Source: Lama glama (Eukaryota). Taken from it: a stretch of DNA of 64,000 nt. This document shows positions 51,901 to 64,000 of the stretch, one piece after another. The position numbers and the translations under genes were made by a program. The DNA is taken from assembly GCA_028534125.1 (NCBI GenBank), contig CM052817.1:27530001-27594000 (forward strand). Direction: 5' to 3'. The notes beneath the pieces are model-generated. The model did no database searches. It was not told the DNA's origin and worked only from the letters and a program-made list of their open reading frames with translations. Position 1 is the stretch's first letter. Each line of letters begins with the position of its first letter.

Positions 51901-54305
51901 GTTTAGGACATGAATATTACTCATCCTAAAAGGGAAAGTAAGTGTGTGTGTAACACAAGTAGAACTGAGAGATTTGGTTAGTTTTTTTTTTTTAAGATTG
52001 AGATTAGAATGAATGAAAATTTTGCAGGGTTGTGGTAAAGATCCTTGTCTAATGCTAAGGAGTTTGTTTTAGTTAATATAGTTCTGAAGCTCCTCTCCAC
52101 CTGCCCACCCAAATCCCCTTTGATCTACTAGCCTCATTGCTAACACCCAAATTGAGACTGATTTTTATTCTGCAAGGAAAACCTCAAGGGAGAAAGTAAC
52201 CACAGTTATGTTTATGATCAGTAGGTGGCACTCTTTCCTCAAGTAGTCCCCAGCTGTTTGCCCTGCCATGTTGGAAGGTTAAATTCCACTATACGCTGAG
52301 TCAAACATAAAACTAAGGACCTGAATTCCATGACACTCTTTAATTATTCAATGTTCAGTAAATATTTAGTAAGCATTTACTATGAATACATTTTAAAAAT
52401 ATTGAGATGTTCAAAAGCTGGAAGAAGTACCCTGTTAATATCTACTTTCTAGGTAAATGGTAAAATAGGTTACAGTTAGTGGCATTATTCCGATCATGAT
52501 CTCTTTGCTGGGTTTTTTTTTTTCCCCTTAATTGTAAGTGCCTAAATCACCAAAACACATCAATTATAAAACTGTTCTTTCGCCATTTTCAGTTGTGTAG
52601 AAAAAATTTTTTGTGGTCGTTTTGTAGTTACATGAGGTATATAGCCAGTTCAGCCTCTTAAAATTTAGACTTTTCACAGTAATATAAAGCATATTGAAAT
52701 TTTTGGATATTAGGAATGGTAGCTAGATTTGTAAATTCAGTTTGATTTGTAGAAACAGCTAGTTTCTCTTAACACCTCATTGGGATTTCTGTAGAATTAA
52801 GAGAATTCTACAGAGGCTGTATGCTAGTATGGCTTAACAGATAGTTTACCAAAGGCATATATGTTTTATAAATCCGGGCGTTATTTCCAGAGATTGTTTT
52901 AATAAGCGGTCCTCTTTTAATATTCTGGATGGAAAGTTGTTATTGGATCTGGTATTAAGGTTAAGAAAAGGAGCTGCTGAGTTTGGGAGATTTCTTGGTA
53001 GTAATTATCCTAGAACATGTTTATCTTCTAAAGTGGTATTCAGGAGGATTCTTAGAAGGAACATGTTCCTTTGTGAGAGATTAACTCTAGAGTGATCTTT
53101 CTCCTCTTGTTCAGTGCAAATAGGAAAACTGACCTGCATTGAATTTGAGTTGATGTGACAAGAGATACAGTACTTATTTTAAATCTAAAACAGATTCTTT
53201 TTCTTAGAAAATGATAGGAAGTTTTTGATTGATATCTTTGTTGGAATCAAAAAATTAGCTCATATTCCAGGAGAAGGAGAGGCCCAAGAACTCATTTCAC
53301 TTTTTCCATCATAGTTTTCTGAAACTACTTTTTGATAAGCTTGGTAGTTTTAAACTAATCTTTTCCTCTTGATTCATGACAGTTTAATTCCAAACTTTGA
53401 CTATTTTCTTTTGTAACTTTAAAATAGAACAAATGTTTTTGTAAATTGAGACCAAATGGGCAACGTATTGGGCGGATAACATTTGTGATGTGTGTATATT
53501 GGAATAAATGTAAAAGGGTCACAAAGATTAGAAAAGAGAGTCATAAAAAACTGCTTGATTTATACATGCATTACTTCTGGTGCTCTACATAATGAGGTAT
53601 GTTGAACTAAAAAATTTATATATATATAGTATGTCAGCATTTCTTAGGAACTTCTCTTCAATCCATTTTTAATATCTAATGTACAGGTTGGGAAGTTATA
53701 TACTCTTCAGGCTAATGCTATCCAATTTATATACAAGACTATATAAATTTATAAAATAAATTGAAAAATTCATCATTCCCCTGTATTCAAGACCAAAGCA
53801 CATAAATGCTAATGTAGGGCTCAGAGGGGAAATATATTGCGCTCGAATATTTGAGAAAATGTGAATTCTTTTCAAGAAAATCTAATAAACATAATAATCA
53901 TAGCCTGCTGACACTAAGGAAGAAGGACCTCATTCACTCTTTCTTTTATGCAGCGATTTACTGGTCCCAACTGATTTCCAAATTGGATCACTGTAGTAAA
54001 TTATCTATGCTGGTACCTGTGAAAGTAAACCCGGGGGTCCATATTCGTTTTGTGTTCTGCTTACATCAGCAAGAATGATAAATTTGATGGTGTGAAATTG
54101 GAAGTGTCAAGGGGTTTCTTTGGTGATTGAGCAAAATAATGTCTCCGCTTATAATTTATTGTGACCTTTTTTCACTGTATGTGCTTTGTATATCTAATAT
54201 TTATTTCAATACAAATTAAATTGTTCCTTTATCTGTATTGTTATATCTAAGATTTTATTGATGTAAAAATCAAATTGTGTAATAAAAATCTCTGGATTTA
54301 AGCTG
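48992..54305 (+). other. TMEM33: Probable long TMEM33 3'UTR
   Basis: AT-rich, repeat-poor sequence ending in a TGTA/T-rich block with AATAAA at 54281-54286. The endpoint is inferred. Confidence 0.6.
54281..54286 (+). terminator. TMEM33: Candidate distal polyadenylation signal AATAAA
   Basis: Hexamer preceded by several TGTA motifs and T-rich tracts. Confidence 0.55.
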
Positions 54306-57234
54306 ATTTGAAAGTGTTATGTTGCAAAAACACATTTACAGTTAGAATTTAGCTTTCCATTGCACTTAATCGCCTTACTGTTAGAATAAGGTGAATTGGA
54401 ACTCTGCTGTTGTCCTCAGCTCATCACAAATAAAATAACTGGTATCATTTTGTGATCTAGTATGAAACTGGAAAAAATGTGGTCTAAGGTGAAACGGAAG
54501 AAAGAAAAATCATAGTGGATCTCTCAACTGTTCACTTGCTTGCCTAGTGGGTGAGTTATTTGTAACCCTAAAATGATTCACAATATACAATATATTCAAA
54601 GTTATAAATCAACACAAGATAACATAGAGGAATATATTTCTCTTCCAGGTATTTAGAGTTGGCAGATGTTTTCTATGGCAATTTTAATAACTGATACTAA
54701 GCAGAACACTGTACAAGTGAGTTAAATCCTTGTCTACTTAGACATTATAATTTGCAGCATTATGGAAATCAGTTGTATAAAGACAATTTTGATAGGTGAA
54801 TAAATATTGAATTAGTAAATGAGTTGTCCACATCGGGGGAAAAGTGGTAGCTCAATACATTTTTTAAAAAGAGTATTAGGAGAATTGATTTCTAAAGATT
54901 TAGTGGTATAGAGTCTTAGGAACATATGATTCATAATGCTCTTTCCCTTAGTACATAGGAGTATTTGAAGCTGATTATAAAATAATTCTGAGCTTTGGGA
55001 AGGGAAAGTTCATCTCATTCCTCTAGCTTGGTTGAATGAAGACTCCTCAAAGAAGTGGTCAACCAAGATCCTTGAGAGTTACCAGTCTAGAAAGTGGTTT
55101 GTCAGCAAAGTTTTTTTTTTTTTAAACTCATTATGGTGAGTTTTGAACATACATAAAAATAGAATAGTATAATGAACTTCCATATTATCACTCAACCCTC
55201 ATTACAATCCTCCACCATGGCCACCCTTGTCTATTTTCACCTCTTTTCTCTTCTGGTTTAATTTCACATTATTCTATAACACTTAGTAAAAATTTTGTCA
55301 TGTTTCTAAAAGATGAGGATCCTTTTTTAAGATCAATATTTTAAAAAAACAATAATTATAATTAACATAGGTCTTTTAGACTAGATGACTAGAAGTGATT
55401 GACTAAGAGTAATGCCCTGATATGAAAAAGACAATTTTATAACAATAAGCATAACATGAGAGGAGGGGGAAATTCTAGTGTTTTTCAGTAAAAGGAAGAC
55501 TTTTTCCCCTCTATTGCTGTCCTCAAAGACACAGAGACCACCACCTTTTAGAGGAAGTGACAGGAAGGAAGATTTTGCCTTCCCACTTCACTTTCTCTCT
55601 CCTAAAGGAGCTCGTGTATCCAATGATCTCATCCTTGAAAACATGGGGAGTGTGGGACTTTGGCAGTTTTAACAGAGTGGGACTAGGTCAATGCTTCAAG
55701 GAAGGGAGTGCTGTTAACCAATTACTTATGTAATTGGGGCCATGCCATTAAATTAAGAGAGGGATATAACAGTAGAACCATATTTCTTTTTAAATTGTAG
55801 ATATTTTCAAATAATTAAATTGTGGAATTTAGGTCAATTTATTCCCAATTTTATTTTTTAAAATTATATTCTTTAAGAAGTAGTAGTTTATAGTATTTTT
55901 TCATTAAATTCTTTACATTTGGAGCTCTACAACCATTTATACCTAGACTTCCAAGAGTAGTAGGCCATTTCATTTAAGTAACAAACCACAAACCCTCAAG
56001 ACAAAGAAATGAAACTTGAACTGATCTAGAATAAAGTTGATACCTTTTTTTGTCATTAACTCATAAAAAACAGTTACATATGTAGGTTTCTCTGATTTGA
56101 AATAATGGTCCTTGATACTGTGAATTACCAGGTTCATGTTTTGCAGTTTAATTTAGTACTATCCAAAGCATATAGTTTATCTTTTGAAGTGTTTAGAAAT
56201 GACCTTTTTACTAATAATCACTATTAGTTTTCAAGATCCTAGCTTCCTAGGTGCTAAGCTTCCTTTAAGGGCTTACTGTATTATTGGGCTTATTTTGAAC
56301 GGTTTTTTTAAATGAACTTTATTTTCCTTTCCTGAGGTCAATCCTAATAACAAAATAAAAGCAAAACAGTCCTTACAAAAATACTGGAATAGTTTTTAGA
56401 AAAATTTTTTAATTTTTTAATTTGGGCTCTTTTAGTTATATGGATATATTGCTGGAAATACTTTTTCAAAGTGAGTAATTAAACATTCACTCTTAGAATT
56501 AGAACCCACCAGAGGGCTTTTTTCCCTTTCCTTTTGGGAACGAAATGATCCTTCATTGCCAGTCCAAGATAATGGGAGGTAGGGGGCAGGAAAAGATTTG
56601 GGAGAAGGGATGAATAAAGAGACAGATGGTGGAGAGGCTACGGGCTAGAAGGGAAAAGTGACTTCTGTCTCTCTGAGGTGGACTCTCTGGTATGGTCGCA
56701 TAAGAGACTCCATGGGAAAGTAAATAAATGTTTTGTCACATTCTCCTGGCTCTTTTTTTATTCAGGATGTCCCTGGTTTTCTTTCTGGTGATAGATTCAA
56801 CCAATATACCAGTTCAAATGTTAAAACATAATCAAGGAGTTACAAATACAAATACAGCAGGAGTAATGTCAGAAAGTCCACAAATGGTCTAATCCTTAGA
56901 CATTCCTTTAATTTCCTTGGGCCTCTTATTTCCACATTTGTAGAATGTGACCAGTAGAGAATTATTTTGAGGATTGTTTGAGGTGAACATATTTGTACAC
57001 TGTAGAACTTGGTATGAATAGCTACATTTTATATTATATTATGCTTCTCATTTTACCTTAGGAGATTCTGGGACTCCTGGAATTTAAAGAACTACTTTCA
57101 AGATTCTACTTCATGAGTCAGTATTGGTAAAAACTTGTTTCCATGTTTAAAGTCAAAACCTTTCTGGGCAAAAAAGAAACTTTGGACCCCTTAAGAGAAT
57201 ATTTTCCTTTTTCCCTTATTAAAGTACAAGGCCG

Positions 57235-57430
57235 TCTGTATAGCACAGGGAACTATATTCAATATCTTACAGTAATCTATAATGAAAAAATAAGAAAACG
57301 AGTATGGGTATTTATATGTATGACTGAAACATTATGCTGCATACCAGAAATTGACACAACATTGTAAGCTGACTATACGTCAATAAAAATTTTTTTAAAA
57401 AGAACTTTTAAAATTGAAAGAAAAAAAAAT
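57235..57430 (+). mobile_element. L1 3' end fragment
   Basis: ctgtatagcacagggaactatattcaat...gactatac.tcaataaaa. Confidence 0.8.
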
Positions 57431-58412
57431 ACAAAGCCTCATGTTGACAGGTGGATTTTTTTTTTAACTCCTACGATTCCAGGGACATAAAGGCAAGGGA
57501 CAGAAAGCAAACATGCTATAACTTGGCACAATCAGATCAGTCTCAGTAACTATAAGAGCTCTCTCCAGAAGTACATCTTCAAAAATCAGTAAATGATTAA
57601 AAGTCTTCTCCAAAACATGCTCTTTCTAAGCTATGCCAGATGAATTCATAAGAAGGATACAAAAACAATCTAATTCATGCTCGAAACTAAATTATCTGAA
57701 ATGTGCAGAGAATGATGCCCAGAATTTACAATCCTGTCTTTTTTAAGGCAGAAATTGGTGCACTTTGAGACACCTGGGAAGACGCAGAGATAAGATCATT
57801 GAAAGGCTGTAGAGCATGGCCAAGCTCTGGGGCTCTGAGTCTGACCTAGTTTCAGTCACTTCTTAACTATGTGATCTCTGTTTTTTCCTGTAAAATAGGG
57901 TAATGATACCCCATGCATGGTGAAATGATAAGATGAGCTCAAGCACATAGGGTGTTTAGCACAGTGTTCACGTAAAGGGCTCAAAACATTTTGGCTGTCA
58001 TTATCGTCATCATATCTAATTTAGAACAATTCTGTGGAGTACTTTATTGAATAAATTGAGCAGTTGTTAACATAACTCCTCATTTATTTATATCCCAAAC
58101 AGCAGAAAGTAACTGTAATTATTTTCCAGGTACTGTTTGGTAATAATTGATACTTGTAACAATGACCACCTCCCATTTTCTCCCCTACCAGGTATTGTAA
58201 AATTTTGAATTGCCAAAGAAAGTTTAAACTTTAGAGATTACATGATATTGTGATATAATGGTAAGAGAACAGAATAAGGGCCAGAATCCTGGCTTCAGAA
58301 GTAACTATTTCATACAGATCTGTGAGCTTGGGTAATCTGTTTAACCACTCTTCATATATGTTCCTCTTTTGAAAAATAGAGGGAAATATTGGATCAAAAT
58401 CACTAATTTTTT

Positions 58413-58622
58413 GGATACTAACTACTATACATAAAATAGATAAACAGGAAGGTCCCATTGCATAGCACAGGGATCTATATTCAATACCTTATAATAGCCT
58501 ATAATGAAAAAGAATATGAAAAGGAATATATATATGTGTAAGTGAATCACTATGCTGTACACCAGAAATTAACACCACATTGTAAACTGAGTATACTTCA
58601 ATTTAAAAAAAAATTTTTTAAG
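58413..58622 (+). mobile_element. L1 3' end fragment
   Basis: gatactaactactatacataaaatagataaac...tatacttcaatttaaaaaaa. Confidence 0.8.
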
Positions 58623-59111
58623 TTTGGATTTCTATAATTTTGGATACCATTAAAAAAAATCACAAATATATATATGACGGGACAGGGTTTCACATTCCCT
58701 ATCACTTCCTTCCATTTTCTAGAATGTTTAATTCTAAAGACTACATTATTAGAAGGGCTGGGGGATTTTTATTTGTTTGTTTTCCCAAATAAAATCCATC
58801 TTTTTTTTTCTTTTATAGAAGGGTATTTTTAAATAATATTACCTACAGTAGTGAAGGAGAAAAAGTATCAGTGCAATGAGGAAAGATCTAATTGCATTAG
58901 ATATTTTATCTGGGGGTCAGACCCTTCATGGGGACTTTTTCCCTCTGTCTCAAGCATACTCAAGTTTTGAAACCTGCTCACTATCAAAAGCAGAGCCAGC
59001 TGGAGCACAGGAAGACTGACAATGTCCTTTGGAGGCAAGACCCAGGAAGAACTGGAGCTGAGACTTCAAGGAGTGAGTGTATCAAAAGAACTAAGAGACC
59101 ATGTGTGTGTA

Positions 59112-59425
59112 CAGAGCAGTGCTGTCCAATAGGAATATAATGCAAGGCACAAATGCAAGCCACATATGTCATTTAAAATTTTCTAGTGGCTAAAAACAGT
59201 AAAAAGAAACAGGTGAAATTAATTTTTATAATATGTTTTATTTAACTCACTATATCCAAAACATTATCATTTCAACAGTTATTAATTAATAATTTTACAT
59301 TCTTTTTTCATATTAAGCCCACAATATATATTGTATTCTTACAGCACATCTCAATTCAGATCAACCATGTATCAAATGCTCACTCTCCACATATGACCAG
59401 TGGCTAATGTACCAAACAGCAGAGA
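59112..59425. mobile_element. MER33/MER3-like hAT-Charlie element
   Basis: cagtgctgtccaatag...gcaagccacatatg...cacatctcaattcaga...gtggcta. Confidence 0.7.
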
Positions 59426-59719
59426 TAATGAAGATACAAAGAAGACTGTGAGAGATTCTCTGGCAACCTTGGCGTTACCACATGTTGTTCCCCCAGAGTC
59501 CAGAACTAAGTACTCCATGATTGTGAATGGAGCTTAGGGACAAGTAAAATAGACTAAAACATTCCACAGGCTTGTGGACTTGTGGACTTTGTGTGGTTTG
59601 GGTTACACGGCCTGAAAAGGAAGCCATGACAAAACATTTGGGATTTTGTAAGTGTATTAAATTGGCCAACATGAACATTGCTTTATTATAGAATAAAACA
59701 CCTTCCTCTCACATAGCAT

Positions 59720-60540
59720 GGTGCATTATTCTGTGCAGGCTGCCATAACAAAATATCATAGACTGGGTGACTTAAACAACAGATANNNNNNNNNNNNNNN
59801 NNNNNNNNNNNNNNNNNNNNNNNNNNNNNNNNNNNNNNNNNNNNNNNNNNNNNNNNNNNNNNNNNNNNNNNNNNNNNNNNNNNNNNNNNNNNNNNNNNNN
59901 NNNNNNNNNNNNNNNNNNNNNNNNNNNNNNNNNNNNNNNNNNNNNNNNNNNNNNNNNNNNNNNNNNNNNNNNNNNNNNNNNNNNNNNNNNNNNNNNNNNN
60001 NNNNNNNNNNNNNNNNNNNNNNNNNNNNNNNNNNNNNNNNNNNNNNNNNNNNNNNNNNNNNNNNNNNNNNNNNNNNNNNNNNNNNNNNNNNNNNNNNNNN
60101 NNNNNNNNNNNNNNNNNNNNNNNNNNNNNNNNNNNNNNNNNNNNNNNNNNNNNNNNNNNNNNNNNNNNNNNNNNNNNNNNNNNNNNNNNNNNNNNNNNNN
60201 NNNNNNNNNNNNNNNNNNNNNNNNNNNNNNNNNNNNNNNNNNNNNNNNNNNNNNNNNNNNNNNNNNNNNNNNNNNNNNNNNNNNNGAGGGCTCTTGGCTT
60301 GTAGGTTAGCCACCATCTGACTTTACGTTCAGGTGGCCTTTCTTTAACCTGTGTACATGGTGAAAGAGAAAGATAGTTCTCTCTTCATGCTCTTAAAAAG
60401 CCACCTGTTGGCTTAGGGCCCTACCGTCATGACCTCATTTAACCTTAATTACCTGCTAAAGGTCCTGTCTCCAAACACAGTCATATTGGGGGTTAGGACT
60501 TTAATATAAGAATTTGGCAAAGGGACAGTTTTGTCCAGAG
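59720..60540 (-). mobile_element. MLT1-type MaLR LTR spanning an assembly gap
   Basis: ggctgccataacaaaatatcatagactgggtg... before the gap and tgacctcatttaaccttaattacc...gggggttaggactt after it. Confidence 0.7.
59786..60285. other. Assembly gap (500 N)
   Basis: Run of N. Confidence 1.
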
Positions 60541-61129
60541 AGTATAGGCTTAGTGTTCAAGACACATACATAGAAAGTATTTTATAATGAAGAAACAAAA
60601 ATGAAACCTAGGAGGTGGCGGAATGCCACTGTAGAGTGTTGCTGAAAGTACTGCACTCTCACCTGTGAGTTAAAGGCTCTGGCCCCGTTCATGGCTGGGT
60701 CTGCCACTTACTACTACGTGAACTGAGGCACATCACTTACTTTTCTAAGTTTCAATTTCCTTATCTGTAAAATAGGTAATAAACACCTATTTCACAGGTG
60801 TTTGTCAGTTTAATAATGGATGTTGAAGAGCTTTTAAACTCTAGTACTATTTAGATTATTGGTGATGTCAAATTACGATATCTTGTACATAGTAAGCACT
60901 GAAAATAAATACTTTAGAAATGACTTCAACATAGTAATGATGATATATGTCATTATATGCATCAGATAGTGTTAACGCCAAAGCTCTATATCAATATAAG
61001 AGAGGCTTTGTACCACTACTAATGCCAAGAATCCATTTATTTCCTCCTTTGATTCTTAGAACACACATTAAATCATATAAGCTAATACTACTTGTCAGAA
61101 GCGTTAGTTCTTCAATGTTCCCAAACCAA

Positions 61130-61920
61130 TCCGTCAACAAATCTTGTCAGTTACATTTCACAATATATCCAGAATCTAACTATTTCTCTTCACCTGCCTC
61201 AGCTACCACCATCCAAACCACCTTCATCTCTCACAGAGAGTGTTAAAATAGTTTCCTCACTTTTCTCTTTTTTCTGTTTTTGCCCGCCCCCTTCCCTATC
61301 CTGTTCTCAGTGCAGTAATCACAATGATGCTATTAAATTATACATCAGAACATGTCTGCTCTGCTCCAAATCCTTCAGTGGCTCTCACCGTCAAGCCCTT
61401 GCAGTGACCCACCAGCACCTACTTGATCACTTCCCCTTGGTCCTCATCTCCTACTACTTTCCCCCTTGTTCACTGCGTTCCAGCCCCACTGGCTTTCTTG
61501 CTCTTCCTTGAATGTGCCAAGCACATTCCTGCTTGTTCCAAGCACACAAGCACCCCTTGTGTCCTTTCTACCTAGAATGTTGTCCTCCATATCCATTTGA
61601 CTCATTCCTTTACCTCCTTCAGGTCTCTATTCAAATGTCACCTTGCTGAGACCTTTGCTCACCACCTTATTTAAATACACTACACCCTACCTCTACACTG
61701 GCATTTTTTCTTCTCATTCCCTGCTTTATTTTTCTCTGTAGTACGTATCATTGTCTTATACTGCTTATCATGTAACACATAGCATCATCGTCTATTTCTT
61801 TGTTTATTTTGTTTATAATCTGTCTCCCCCACCAGCGTGTAAGCTTCTTTAGGATCAGAATCATGTTTTGTTTTTTCATTGCTAAAAGCCAGTTTAGGTC
61901 ATGGTAGGTATTCAGTAAAT
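61130..61920. mobile_element. L2 LINE fragment
   Basis: tccagaatct, ctctgctccaaatccttcagtggc, tcaaatgtcacct, gtaagcttc...gtaggtattcagtaaat L2 3' motifs. Confidence 0.7.
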
Positions 61921-61973
61921 ACACACTATATACGTGAACAACATCCATCCTAGTTAAACAGAAAAGGATTTTT

Positions 61974-62105
61974 GTTCTGTTTTGTTTTTATTTTTTAAAA
62001 AATTTTAGGTAGGTTTATTTGTTTATTTAATGGAGGTCCTGGGGGTTGAACCCAGGACCTCATGCATGCTAAGCATGCACTCTACCACTGAGCTATACCC
62101 TCCCC
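61974..62105 (-). mobile_element. tRNA-derived SINE (camelid-type), young
   Basis: Intact A/B boxes; 16-bp TSD ACAGAAAAGGATTTTT at 61958-61973 and 62106-62121. Confidence 0.92.
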
Positions 62106-62659
62106 ACAGAAAAGGATTTTTTTTTTTAAGGATATTGCATAGTTACCAAATTTTTTAAAAAGGAGGCAAGATGCTGACTTGGAAGCTCTATAACCAGGAA
62201 CTATGTGGCTTCTTACTGCAGTTTCCATTGGACACAGTTGTCACTATTGCTGACACTCTCCAGGACGTCTGCCCTACTGCCTCTGAATTTGTATATCTTT
62301 GCCTTGCAGCTCTTCCCTCATCAAAAATATGTTCCATGAGATGCCTTGCTTTTCCCATTACTTTCTTGCAAACTGAAGCCTCTCAGATTTCTGATGGTTG
62401 GTTGGTTTGAGGCTCTGTCACATCTGCAGGCCCTAACTGGAAAGGAGCCTGGGAAAGCAAGTCGGCGTCTCGCCTCCTAGCTCGGAGGGATAAACTCACA
62501 TGGTAGAAGATTCCCCAGATAATGGAAGTATGTTCAAAATATGCTGGACAGCCACAAAATATAAATGTCCTTCTCTGGCACTGAATTCTATCATTTTTTT
62601 AAAAATTCTGAATCAGGAGACCTGAATTTAGTTTTAAAAACTGATTTAGATTTTAAAAA

Positions 62660-63440
62660 AATCTAAAAATAAACTTGCCATATGATCTAGCAATCCCACT
62701 CCTGGGCACATATCTAGAGGAAACTCTAATTCAAAAAGATACATGCACCCCAGTGTTCATAGCAGCACTATTTACAATAGCCAAGACATGGAAGCAACGT
62801 AAATATCCATGAAGAGATAACTGGATGAAGAAGTTGCAGTAGGGGGGAGGATATAGTTCAAGCACTAGAGCACATGCTTAGCATGCACAAGGTCCTGGGT
62901 TCAATCCCCAGCGCCTCCTCTAAAAATAAATAAATAAATAAACCTAATTATTACCCCTTAAAAAAAAGTTGTAGTATATTTATATTTATACAATGGAATA
63001 CTACTCAGCCATAAAAAAATAATAAAATAATACCATTTGCAGCATTATGGATGGACCTAGAGATCCTCATTCAAAGTGAAGTAAGCTGAAAGAGAAAGAA
63101 AATACCATAAGATATCACTCATATTTGGAACCTAAAAGAAAAAAAAAGACACAAATGACCATATTCACAAAACAGAAACAGACACAGATACAGAAAATAA
63201 ATTTATGGCTGCAAGGAGGGGAAGAGGAGGGAAAGGATAAATTGGGAGTTCGAGATTTGCAGATACTAACTATTATATAAACAACAAGTTTCTTCTGTAT
63301 ACGATAGGGAACTATATTCAATATAATGAAAAAGTATAAGAAAATGAATATATGTATGTATATGTATGACTGAAACATTATGCTGTACACCAGAAATTGA
63401 CACATTATAAACTAACTAAACTGCAATTTAAAAAAAAACT
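62660..63440 (+). mobile_element. L1 ORF2 end plus 3'UTR, interrupted by a SINE
   Basis: ccatatgatctagcaatcccactcctggg...atggaatactactcagcc...gactgaaacattatgctgtacaccagaa...A-tail. Confidence 0.9.
62842..62962 (+). mobile_element. tRNA-derived SINE nested in L1
   Basis: ggggagg atatagttcaag...ggttcaatcccc; imperfect TSD AA(G/A)AAGTTG(C/T)AGTA. Confidence 0.88.
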
Positions 63441-64000
63441 TTGTTTAATCCAGAATTTGTTTCCAGTAGCAACCATTAAACAGTCTGTCTGCTTTCAAAT
63501 TTACTTTCCTTATTCCTGACTTTGCTTCTAAGCCTTATCAGTTGCATATTTTCTTATTAGACATCCTGGTAAATAATAGCCCACATCCACTGCCTGGAGT
63601 ATGATTCCATCATGGACTTTATTCATTGTCTGGGGGGTGGAGTGAGTCAACAACATGAAGCTTCACTTATGGAAAAGGAGTAAGAGTGTGAGCCCATTAT
63701 CAAAAAAAAGCAGCAGGGGTGTAAAATATTGGGCCATCTCAGAGCTTCTTGCCTGTTAACCATAAAACCCAGGGTATTCAGCAGGCAGGTCAGTGAGCAG
63801 CCTACTGCCCAGGTCAAATGGTATACTAGACTCTATGACTAGTCTTGACACCGTTTAACTACTTTTTCTATAACCTTTCATTTTTCTTTTTCTTTTTTTT
63901 TTTTTTTGCAAGTCTATTACAGGAATGACTCTGCTAAATTAGAGATTTAAGTTCAGAATTCACTGTCATTGCTGGAATAACATGTAGCAGTGCAAGTTAA

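Noticed and set aside
59718..60320. 200-aa and 186-aa ORFs
   Set aside because: Artefacts of translating the 500-N gap.

Overview
Mammalian (eutherian) genomic DNA, probably camelid judging by its tRNA-derived SINE family. It has two assembly gaps (19768-19867 and 59786-60285). The only intact protein-coding gene is TMEM33 on the + strand: 7 coding exons from 31654 to 48991, giving 744 nt and 247 aa. It has a CpG-island promoter, a U12-type (minor spliceosome) intron 3, a probable extra 5'UTR intron and a ~5 kb 3'UTR. The first ~4.3 kb is a non-coding CpG island with TAAT-rich blocks; by recalled human synteny this lies on the PHOX2B/LINC00682 side of TMEM33. Three co-oriented CTCF-like motifs follow (3982-13007). 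The most unexpected observation is a chain of about 10 minus-strand exon-like blocks from ~31250 down to ~17100. Most have good splice signals, several junctions are phase-compatible, and the reading frames are interrupted by stops. This looks like a decayed multi-exon gene (unitary pseudogene) or a spliced divergent transcript lying head-to-head with TMEM33; I cannot identify the protein. The rest is interspersed repeats (L1 3' ends, SINEs, MLT1 and ERV LTRs, MER DNA transposons, L2, an RTE-clade RT fragment). Repeat family names are recalled by eye, not from a search.
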